A program made the translations under genes and the position numbers. The notes beneath the pieces were generated by a model, which did not search any database, was not told the origin of the DNA, and saw nothing but the letters and a program-made list of their open reading frames with translations. Positions 1 through 9,809 of a stretch of 21,038 nt of DNA are shown piece by piece. The DNA comes from Cirrosporium novae-zelandiae. Taxonomy: Eukaryota. Position 1 is the first letter of the stretch; each line of letters opens with the position of its first letter. The DNA is taken from assembly GCA_026023565.1 (NCBI GenBank), contig JAPETS010000013.1, positions 682,001 through 703,038 of the forward strand, written 5' to 3'.

Positions 1-208
1 TACTGATAACAAAGATTCTAATTCGCCACTTGACTTGCACATACATCCACATTACCCCCCACTAGTACCAAGATCTTCGGCCTCAAGAATTACCGGACTG
101 TCCAAGCTCTAAAGTGCGGAGGTTTAGACGCTTTCAGGCTCTAGAGACAGGCAACCTTAGTTGAACTTCCAGTCAGCTCTTTGCAGTCACCTCCAATCCC
201 CATTCACC

Positions 209-552
209 ATGGTTAGGGCTGTCAAGGGTAAGTTATGAATTCTTCTTTGGTACTAAGCTGCAGGTTCTAATTGGGATGACATTTCCAGGTGTGCTGGTCG
301 AGTGCGACCCCTCTATCAAAGCCATTATCCTGAAAATCGACCAGGAACGCCATGAATACATCGTCGAGGATTTGGATGAACAGACTCTAGTTATCAAGGA
401 CAACAAACTACAGGAACTGAAAGAGAAGTTGGACGAGGTATTATATATTCCACCCTGCACGCCAGCACCTTTCGCAGGATGCTAAACTTTACAACTTGTA
501 GGCCCTTGCCGATACACAAATGATGCCTGAAGATTCTGAGTCGGATGCATGA
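209..552 (+). CDS. TFB5: TFIIH subunit Tfb5/p8 (TTDA); exons 209-227, 289-437, 502-552; 72 aa
   Basis: The spliced product MVRAVKGVLVECDPSIKAIILKID...YIVEDLDEQTLVIK...LKEKLDEALADTQMMPEDSESDA* matches the Tfb5 signature GVLVECDPSIK/IVEDLD. Introns 228-288 (GTAAGT..CAG) and 438-501 (GTATTA..TAG) preserve the frame. Confidence 0.95.
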
Positions 553-643
553 TCCCTACAATAATTATTTGTTCTTTAGTATGATAATTGGTTTTGGGCG
601 TCTAGGATAGATTTGAGGCAACCGCCAAGAAAAACCAGGGACC

Positions 644-688
<45 letters not shown>
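644..688. repeat. Perfect (CTA)15 trinucleotide microsatellite downstream of TFB5
   Basis: Directly visible run ctactacta... of 45 nt. Confidence 0.97.
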
Positions 689-1029
689 AGGCAAAGTGGA
701 GTTTAATACGAGTATGTCATTGTGGAACTATTGAATACCCTCAGAAAAGAAAGGAACACTTCTTTGGAATATGTATACCGGAAATAGCCTCAGAACGCTT
801 GCCATATTGTCATATCCAGGTGAACTCAAATGGTACCTCCCCCCGAAATGAAATCATTCGCTAGGAGACATTACTCTGGGGAGGGCAACAGGCAGGCCTG
901 CAGGTAAAGGATGGTAAATCGTTCAGCCATCATTGTAAAGACTTGTCATGTCATAACTAATCATAAGACGTCGTTGAGAGAGCTTTGTACACAACGGGAC
1001 AGAAATGAGAAACATGACTGTCTTCGGTC

Positions 1030-2455
1030 TTATGAACTGCTTGTTCCAAATATTCCCCAGTGCTGTTCGACGTTGAATGGGCCAGGCTGCTTCCAGAGGT
1101 CATTATAGGCGGTGAAGAGGAAGATATTTGACGCAAAGGCACTTTTCAAAGAGGAAATGGCCGTTTTTTGGTTGGCTTCTGATGGAACAGCAAGGCCATT
1201 AGGGGATCCTGCAGATGGCCAGCCCGATTCTGTGATGACTGTTTCCTTACCCCCCGCGGCATCCGATACCTGCTGGGCTTGTTGAAGAACATAGTCACCT
1301 GCCCCAGATGCCTCAACGCTAGAATCGAAGAAAGCATGGCAATTTGCGGCACAATAGTCGGATGCTCCGCAAAGCTGGGGGTTCTGAATGAGTATGTCAA
1401 AAGTGTCAACCGTCACAACAGGGCCAGTGAATCTAGCTGTGCGAAGTTCCGAGCGCACAGAATTGACAGCATTAACAACGTCACCAACAGAATGAAGGCC
1501 TTGGTTGACGCATTCATTGCACACAGATATGGTATCGACAGGTGACCAGTTGCCATTAACGGCACTAATAATTGTCTGGACATCGCTACTAAGGTTGGTA
1601 AGGTCAAAAATGCCAAGCATCACTTTCAGGCCCTTGGAACTAGCTGCCTGGAGAACCATAGGAACTTGGCCGCAATCAGTACCATAGATGCGGACCATTT
1701 GATACCCATTTATTCCATTGAAATCAGTGTTGATCTGATTCTGGGTCTTGCAGCTTCCAGATGCACTGTATGGAGAATAGGTCAAGCCGAGGCCACCGCC
1801 TGATAGAACTGCATTTTGTCCCGCCGATGATGCCACTGCTACAAAAGTCGCAGCTCCTTCACTCAACGTGGGTGTCACCGAAGAGGCTACATATGAAGGG
1901 ACTTCGTATGACGAGGCTGATGCCAGTGAAGCTGAGATGGATGACACTTTAACAGAGATAGCAGCTGATGCTGACGAAGCTGACCAGACTGCGGAGGCAG
2001 AAGCGGCTATTGAGATGCTTGCCATGACCGAAGACGAGGTAACGGTGGCTGCAATAGCGGAAGAGGGACCAACAACAACTGGAACCACACTGGAAAGAGC
2101 AGTGGCTTGGGTGGGGGCAGAGATTTTCTTGCAGGATTTTTTTGCGGAGACAGCTGCAGGCGTAGGCAAACCCCCAGACCAGCTCAGCCTAGTCGCACCT
2201 GAAAATACAGTATCAACTGAAAGAGTATTGCCATCTCCATCCACATACACAATAATCTCTTCAGGCACGGTCACGGTAACGGTGTCCGTAACAAGGTCTC
2301 TGGCTGCATGGTAATGACGAACCTCGCCTAAAGTTGTATCAGTTAGTGAAAACAAGAGAGACAAAACTCGAGTTGAGTTGGAACTTACGGTGAGGGAATG
2401 CAAGCACAAGCTGACCAGCGGCCACAGCAAATATGGTGAAGAAACCAGTCTTCAT
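1030..2455 (-). CDS. SCW4: Secreted GH17 cell-wall beta-1,3-glucanase/glucanosyltransferase, Scw4/Scw10/MP65-like; exons 2455-2389, 2327-1030; 454 aa
   Basis: Signal-peptide-like exon 1 (MKTGFFTIFAVAAGQLVLAFPH), phase-1 intron 2388-2328 (GTAAGT..CTAAC..TAG), then a Ser/Ala/Thr-rich linker. GH17 motifs follow: TYSPY..CKT, VRIYGTDC, NE acid/base, VVTVDTF, YCAANCHAFFD, ITESGWP nucleophile, WK..EQHWGI. The exact paralog name is less certain than the family. Confidence 0.9.
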
Positions 2456-2537
2456 CTTGAAAAAAAATGTATTTGAAAAAAGACTCGAAGGTTTCGTTAA
2501 CGACCGGAAAGGTTGCTTTTTAAACGATTGTCATGAA

Positions 2538-2808
2538 CTGATCTTGGAGAAAGAGAGAGTTAAGTCAGTATTGGTTTTGTTTTAGTGAGTTGATGCCGCT
2601 GCTTCTAACAAAATAACCCCTCAACACAACCTAAGCAACACCCAAGTGAGTGATGGGTAAAAGTGATGCTTGGCTGCCTTTTGTGTTGAGCTTTCACAAA
2701 TGTGATCCCAGGTTTTTGTTCGACTCTCGAAAGTTGATGACTGACAAAGAGAGGGAAAGAGAGTGAAAAATAGAAAGAAGGAAGAAAATAAAAAGACAAC
2801 AAACTTAC
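2538..2808 (-). other. Putative 5'-UTR intron of the GH17 gene
   Basis: Minus-strand donor CACC|GTAAGTT at 2808, branch TACTGAC near 2564-2570, pyrimidine tract CTCTCTCTTTCTCC, acceptor AAG (2543) or CAG (2538), about 85 nt upstream of the ATG. Confidence 0.55.
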
Positions 2809-3480
2809 GGTGCGAAATGAGAGAAAGAGAGAGAGACCGAATAGCCCCAGGCTAAGCTCACTCAGGTTGTTGTTATTGCTATTTGTTTATCTTTTCAAGT
2901 TGCGCAAGGCTTCGGTCTTTAATAAAAGGGAGTGGCGCTCCCACTCTCTGTCTCTCTTTCCTCTCTCGTTCTGCTGCGAGTGCCCCGGGGAGTAAGTAGG
3001 TGGAACAACCCTGACGTACCCGAGAGAGAAGACTGACTCTGGGGTAGTAGCGAAACAAAAAAGAAAAAAAAAGGAAGGAATGTGTAAGAAAAGTTAAGGA
3101 ATGTGGGGTGAAATGAAAGTGATGATGGGTCGCCAGAAAACCTGTGAAAAGGTTTATTGTGTAAATGATGGGATTGAGATTGAATCCTCTCGAGTAATAA
3201 ATGAATGAATGGGAAAGATTAAAATCAGACGGGAGATCTAGTTTTTTAATTTAAATAATAAATAATGAGTGACACAAAAAAACCATCCAGTTCCCGAAGC
3301 CTTTTTTCTGTAAAAAAGACCACGCCGTGGCAAACCCTTTCTCTCTCTCCTCTACTCCCACCCCCCCTATCCCTCGTATTTAAAAGATCAGCTGGCCTAA
3401 AAAGCGGCCCTCTCCTGCCATCTTTCCTCCTCTCATACTGTCAGCTCCCAAAGCCCCCTGCATATAACACGCACATATGC

Positions 3481-3497
3481 AAAAAAAAAAAAAAAAA
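3481..3497. repeat. A17 homopolymer in the long low-complexity region upstream of the GH17 gene
   Basis: Directly visible. The same intergenic region has GA/CT-rich tracts and short (GCCTT)n and (GTT)n repeats at about 3755-3842. Confidence 0.9.
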
Positions 3498-4317
3498 GCA
3501 ATCGTTTCATCCCCATTACACAACATATTCTTTCCCATTTCCCAGGGGAATCTGCAACCAACCGTGCACATCATCGCAGATCCAGGTACCTCTACGCGTT
3601 GATTGGATCGCTCCTACTCTCCCCCCTTCTTTCTTTAAAGTAATGCTTGAGAAGGGGGGCACGGAGGGGGTCTGCAAGTTAAGTCAATTAATTGATTGAT
3701 TGCATGAATTTTTGTTTTCTTGTTTTGACTTGACTTGTTTTTGTTTTATGTTATGCCTTGCCTTGCCTTGCTTTGCTTGAAGTGTCACTACGGGATGGAT
3801 GTCGGGTGCGTGTTTTGCTGAGGGTTGTTGTTGCTGTTGTTGTAGTACTGTACCCCTCGCCAAGTTGGCCCAACCACTGGTTTAGAGGTAGGTATACGAG
3901 AAGACCACACCCTGGTGTTCTGTAACTGTTTTTTTTGTGTATCTCTCTTCCCTTTATTAACTGTTAGCTTTTTGGGGATCTATGCATCGGGTGCAGAAGT
4001 CCTTATTCCGATGCCAAGGGAGGCAGCTAACTCTATGGGAAAGCCATGTCTTGGAAAATAAATAGGAGATTGCATAAAAAGAACATCATATGGTTTAATG
4101 CACCTGATAACCTGCAGATATTCAAAAAAAAATATTATCAGATTATTATTCGCCTTTCATCATTAAGATTAATTTTATCTTCATTCGTCAATTCGCATAT
4201 CCCCTGGGCGTCTCTTGGCATATATACACCTTCTATACCAATGTCGTAATGCCAGTCCACAATTAAAATAATATTGATTTAACAGGATACTGAGAAGAAA
4301 TACTGCATCATCCACAT

Positions 4318-6065
4318 TTATTTTCGTTTGCTTATGACCTTTGTTATCGCATGGCGTATCACGACACCCGCCTTCTCAATCTCTTTACGGGAAAGCCCAT
4401 TGGTGATACACACTTTGAGCCCTGGTTGCTGTCCCGCGTTGTCCATCTTTGATTTAGGGTTCCGAGGCACGCTCTTTAGCCTCGTGATCATAACACCGTT
4501 TGCGAGAGCCTGGAAAATAAATTGGTCAGAGCTACTACTACTTACTTACTGAATAGGAGTCTTACCTCATCAATAGCATCTTGCAGCAATTGCTCTTGAT
4601 CAGCGATACTCAACTGCTTGGAACTAATGACCTCTGGCTTGAAAACGAGTATCATTATAGGATTTTCTGGCGCACTGGTGCAATGTACCCAATCACTTCT
4701 TGGATCCAGTTGAGTCCACATCACCTTTATATTCTCACGAAGGGAAGTTATCATTTCGGGATGTGTCTGTAATAATGTCAAAGTTTCACTGGAAGTGGTT
4801 GCAAGCATCGCAGGTAAGGCAGCCGAGAAGGTGTAAGCCATTGCAGAGACACGTTGATGTTCAACAATATCCTCCGAACCGGCACAGAAACCACCACCGC
4901 CACAAAGGGGACCGGAGAGAGAACCAATAATCATATCTACCTCTTCAGGATCGATATTTTGGTGCTCAGTAATGCCACGGCCAGTGCGGCCAAGGACTCC
5001 GAATGACCAGGTTTCGTCGAGGATAAGCCGGAATTTATAGCGAAGTCTCAATTCAATCTTCAAAGCCAGTAGTTAGCAAAATTTAATCATGGCAAGTACT
5101 CTTTCTAATACTTACCACCTTAGGCAGGTCCACCATGTCACCAGTGTTCTCGAAAAGTCCTTCCGTAACAATAAATCGCCGAGTCAAAGGCTTCTTGCGT
5201 TGATCACGAACGATTTCAGCGAGGACCCTTTGGAGATCTTCCATGTCATTGTGCTTGTACCACACAACTGTACTTCGAGAAATCTGCAATCCTTCGCGAA
5301 TGGAGTAGTTCACTTGGTCGTCCGCAACAATAATATCTCCACGTTTCGAAAACGCGGGTATGACGCTGGAAATTGTAGAAAAGGACTGAGCATATATGAT
5401 ACAAGCAGGGGTCCCAAGGAAAGATGCTACATCAGCTTCCGATTTCATGTGAATATCCTGTGTACCATAGAAGTTCGGCGGCCCGCATGGTCCCACGCCA
5501 TAAGCACGTAGGGTCTGAATAGCCTTCTCCTTGATGGTCTCGTTTGCAATGAAGTTGTAGAAATTATATGACGCTAGGTTGGTGACAGTTCGACCGTTAG
5601 AAAGTTTCGTCTTAGGACCTGTTGGTCTGGGCAAGAATTAGCATTGAGCCCTGTTATCAACGGCAATCAAGTTACTCACCCAGCGATAACCGGCCGCTTC
5701 TCATTCTCCGCTTTCTCGAAAGGTGTCTCGGGAGAAACGAGAGGCTCTGGTGTCCAATCGTCCACGAGTTCATCAATCTCCTATTTACATTACGGTCAGC
5801 AACTCCCAGCAGCAATGAGCATAAAGGGATAATTTACCTCCTCGGAGAGCTTTATTTCCTGCTTCGAAGTAGAATATTTTGGCGCTATGAGATATCGAAC
5901 AGCAAAAATGACCAAGACGAGTTCAACGAAGGATCGAATAGGGTCATCTTGGTAGCTGGATTTGATGTAGCGGATGAGGATTGCAGAGCCCGGCAACTTT
6001 TGGAATTCCTCAAAGATCAGAGAAAAATATCTCTGGGCCATACTGTTTGCCTGATGAATATCCAT
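4318..6065 (-). CDS. LCB1: Serine palmitoyltransferase subunit 1 (Lcb1/SPTLC1); exons 6065-5838, 5780-5680, 5626-5116, 5057-4566, 4509-4318; 507 aa
   Basis: N-terminal PGSAILIRYIKSSYQDDPIRS plus a TM segment, EIDELVDDWTPEPLV, NLASYNF, YGVGPCGPPNFYGTQDIH, LILDETWSFGVLGRTGRG, and IIGSLSG lacking the PLP lysine as expected for Lcb1. All four GT-AG introns give an open frame ending ...VISKRK*. Confidence 0.96.
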
Positions 6066-6358
6066 CTTTACAGAATTGTATCATAAAAGGAACTTCGGAG
6101 TCACTAGATGGACATGCTACTTCCAAGTACGAAAGTAGATATTTGGTACTACAAAAGTATGCTCGGGCATTCGGCTATTTGTACCAGCCAAGCAAACATA
6201 GCAAACATCAGGTACAAAACATAATTTACGGTAGTGGCCGTTCTTCTCAACCAACGAATAGGTGAGAAGTCTTTATAGCTAAATAATATATTTTATTACG
6301 GTCCAGCACTATAATATATCCTCGTTCTACCTTCCCAAAGCCACAGTCGTATACTCAC

Positions 6359-8623
6359 CTACTTCTGGTTCTCTAAATCCTTCTCCCGATTCTTCTCATC
6401 CTGTCTTTCCTTTCCACTACTTCCTCCTCTACTCCCTTCAGCACCTCTCTCCTCACCTCCTTGACGATCCAAGCTCCTTCTAAATAGTTCCAAATTTGTA
6501 GCTCCCCACGGCCACCCTCTAACTTCATCCGTCTTGGCCTTCAAATCCTTCAGCCAATTTGGATCTTCCTCTTCAACTAGGTATCCACTGCTTTGCCCAT
6601 GACTCCCATGGCTTTCTCTACTGCTATCACGCGGCGGTCGCATCCTACCTGGCTGGCTAATCGTTCTATCAAGAAAGACATAGGGATCCGTTTGTGGTAT
6701 TTGTAACGTGGATGTAGGAGCCGAGTCTGGGCGGAGTGGTGGGGAGGCCTTATACGCCGCGGCTGCAAGGTACGAGGATGCTGGCGCGGCTAGTATTTCA
6801 CTAGCACTTTCCATACCAGAGGCAAGCGGCGATATTCCATCGTCGTCTGGGCCCTCTTCAAGTTCAAACATATCATCTTCAGGAGATGCCCGAACACGAA
6901 GTTGGCCGGTCCAACGTTTTATAAGCCTGCGCTTGAAGTTCGACCATACACCTAAGTCATCTGAATTTGATGTCTCTCTACCAGTGCGAGAAGGGTCGCT
7001 CCAAAGTAAGATAAGATTCCATTTTATTCGGGCCAGGAGGCCGGTTGGTCGGATATAGTCCCGGGGACCATTTCGAGACCAAAGCTTTGGGTACTGTTGT
7101 GCCAGGTCATTGAATAACTTATCCCAAATTCCTCGTTGATAAGGAGTCTGTCGCGTCTGTTCGAGCATATGTTTTGTGAAAAACCAGAGCACGAGCACAA
7201 AGCACATGAACGGGACAGCCACAATAAAGAACCATTTTAAACTCGGGTCATTCTCAAAAGTATCCACGTTCATTCCAAAAAACGCAACTATAAAGTTGAG
7301 GGGTAAAAATATAAATGTGATCCAACTGAGCCGCCACATGCTAACCCCAAGGCGAAGGGAGTGTCTCGAATCGCGGATTCCCACGGACTTATACATTAAA
7401 TCGGCCATGTTCGCTGTGGGTTTGATTAGATCTTCTTCTATCAAGTTTTTTAACCTCTCAAAGTCACTTGGTATTCCTACTAGCCAGGTATTTTGGTCTT
7501 CATCCTCGTCTGTGATATCTCGAAGGTTGTTCCTAAGCTCGTTGAGAATATCCATGTGGACATAAATGATTTTTTCGACCTTCAACCAGTTGCTGGAGTT
7601 TGTCCAGAGTTCTGGGGCTCTGGTTTCATCTGCTGGTTCCTCGTATATTCGATCTTCAAGGATTCCAACATGGGTATAGCAAACATCAAGCAAGACCTCC
7701 CATCCATTCACGATGCTCTTGAATACGTCTTCGAGAATAATTTTCATACATTCTAGCGCCAAACGGGCATCGCTAGACACGTCATGGGATTCAAAAGCTA
7801 AATAAAACGGTAATCGACGCCATCTAGATTCCCATTCTTGTCTAGCTGCAATCAATGTGTCTTCGATGGACCCAGTGTGTGAGTTCTCGAAGATGATAAT
7901 GGTATTACCGTTATCCAAATCTTCTGCATGGGGGAGAGGTTTTCGGCCCTTGCCAGCATCGCGGGGCAGCTCTGAGTAGGGATTTTTTATCCCAGCCGGA
8001 ATACGTGACTCATCTTCCTTGAATTGAATATAGCAGCTGAGACGCTGGCTATATACGTCCCAGCCAAACATCGAGCTGTCTTCTTCGTCGAATGAATTGA
8101 GTTGCATCATCTTTTGAACATTGAAAGTTGGCCTGTGGTCGTCTTCATCATGTCTTCGATAAGCCTTCATATAATCGAGACCAAACATTGTCCTACTAAT
8201 ACTTCTCCATGGATCATGTTGTGTTTTCCAGGCCTTGCCTTTCAAATACGGCTTTCCTCCCCTTTGCTCAAAGTGATTCCGCTTCAAATACCTCCCAAAG
8301 TCAGTCCCAACGAGTGGATGCCTATCATTGATATTGAATTTGCGTAAAAAGAAGCGTGTGGCCCAAGGAGCATTCTGGACATGAAAAACTCTTAGCAAGG
8401 CCTCGTCTCGCCTACTCGGATTTGCGTAGAACTTTTGGAGGCCCTCCCATGACTCTATTTCCTGTGCGACAACCTTCCGCATTCCCCTCTTACTAGCTTG
8501 CTGTTTCACATAGTCAATAACCAAAACGCGGCCATCGGTGCAAAAACCTTCGTTGTAGTCCTTGTGCCAACGTAGATCGGGACTACGAGGCCGTCGATGC
8601 CATGCTTTCTCAATGTCAGCCAT
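6359..8623 (-). CDS. CorA/Mrs2/Alr1 (2-TM-GxN) superfamily divalent-cation transporter-like protein, 754 aa, apparently single coding exon
   Basis: Long ORF with a helical region followed by TM1 LSWITFIFLPLNFIVAFFGMNVD (GMN signature), a short loop, TM2 WFFIVAVPFMCFVLVLWFF, and a long disordered C-tail. The start at 8623 is likely but not proven. Confidence 0.85.
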   Translation of the reverse strand: MADIEKAWHRRPRSPDLRWHKDYNEGFCTDGRVLVIDYVKQQASKRGMRKVVAQEIESWEGLQKFYANPSRRDEALLRVFHVQNAPWATRFFLRKFNINDRHPLVGTDFGRYLKRNHFEQRGGKPYLKGKAWKTQHDPWRSISRTMFGLDYMKAYRRHDEDDHRPTFNVQKMMQLNSFDEEDSSMFGWDVYSQRLSCYIQFKEDESRIPAGIKNPYSELPRDAGKGRKPLPHAEDLDNGNTIIIFENSHTGSIEDTLIAARQEWESRWRRLPFYLAFESHDVSSDARLALECMKIILEDVFKSIVNGWEVLLDVCYTHVGILEDRIYEEPADETRAPELWTNSSNWLKVEKIIYVHMDILNELRNNLRDITDEDEDQNTWLVGIPSDFERLKNLIEEDLIKPTANMADLMYKSVGIRDSRHSLRLGVSMWRLSWITFIFLPLNFIVAFFGMNVDTFENDPSLKWFFIVAVPFMCFVLVLWFFTKHMLEQTRQTPYQRGIWDKLFNDLAQQYPKLWSRNGPRDYIRPTGLLARIKWNLILLWSDPSRTGRETSNSDDLGVWSNFKRRLIKRWTGQLRVRASPEDDMFELEEGPDDDGISPLASGMESASEILAAPASSYLAAAAYKASPPLRPDSAPTSTLQIPQTDPYVFLDRTISQPGRMRPPRDSSRESHGSHGQSSGYLVEEEDPNWLKDLKAKTDEVRGWPWGATNLELFRRSLDRQGGEERGAEGSRGGSSGKERQDEKNREKDLENQK

Positions 8624-9809
8624 TCGACTGCGTTTCTACATAATTAGAACGATGAGATGGCAATCATACGTCTCTCTTCAGGATGGACTTGAAGATTCAC
8701 AATCGGAAAATTATCACTCAAGCGTCCTTCTTGCTTCGGATGTGGGGACGAGGAACGAGAAGGTGCTAGAGGGTAATAGTACAGGGTTAGAGTCAGGGAC
8801 CATAAAAGGAAAGAACGAGGAAGGTCAAAATGCGAGAAAATTATAATTATTGTAGGCTGCTAACAGCATTTAAACCTCCCCGCCTCGAGGCTTGCCCAGA
8901 AACTCAACTTGTTGTAGGATTTATAAGAGTTTCTCACAAATTTCAAAAGGTAGAGAAGATAATAGTATCAACGAATGACTGCTGGCTAATATCCGGCTCT
9001 TGTATCACATCCTTGTAGAAACGCTTTATAGTTGCATCAGGGAATAATCGAACCAACAGGACTTAAAGAAAAAAGAGTAGCACCTGGTAAAATTGTGGGA
9101 GGAACTCCTTCTTGATTCTGATTTATTTGGCCAATTAATCCTAGAAAGGAAGGCACACTTGTATTTCTTCTTGGGACATCCATCAGGCAGGGTTATCACT
9201 TCGTAGTGACAATCAATAAAGTATGGAGGTTTCACGGGACACCAATCTCCAAAATTGCAGAACAAGGAAATGTGGAAGAAGGTAGGAAAATTAGGAGAAA
9301 AGCCATCTACAATAATGCTGAACAATGTTAAAAGTCAATCGTCATAGATCTGACTTGAAGGGTGCAGCTGAGAGATTTTGGTGTGGCGGAGGATTCGCCA
9401 GAGTCATCGTCTCTCGGTCACACCCTAAGTTGTATCACGTGGAGGGGTTGGCATGATCATCAATGCACCATACTATAGACTATAGGCAGCAGAGATAGTA
9501 ATAAATCCTTCAGTTATCAGTTATTGCCATCTCGCTTTGACTCTACTTCGTATTACTTTGAGCAATAGCAATGACCAATCTTTATTTATCATTTGGTGTA
9601 ATGAATCACCTGTCCATTAGTCTTTACTTCAATTCACGATTCCTTCCCTGTAAATACAGATCCCTGGTGATAGGATATCATGGTGCACCATTCGTGGTCC
9701 CTGAACTATATCACCAACGCCAAGACTATAATCATCGTAACCATACCAATGTCCCAATCCCCAATCAAAAGCCTTGAAAAGAGCCTCAACCCGATACAAA
9801 CCCCATATC

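Noticed and set aside
228..288. Internal CTAA..CAG|GT in TFB5 intron 1 suggesting a twin or recursive intron
   Set aside because: The pieces would be 36 and 25 nt, too short. The single 61-nt intron gives the correct protein.
613..864. 83-aa ORF with poly-Thr
   Set aside because: An artefact of the (CTA)n microsatellite, with a TTG start and no recognisable domain.
1868..2314. 148-aa acidic ORF on the + strand
   Set aside because: Antisense shadow of the Ser/Ala-rich GH17 linker.
3265..3699. 144-aa ORF in the large intergenic region
   Set aside because: It runs through low-complexity CT tracts and the A17 run and has no recognisable motifs.
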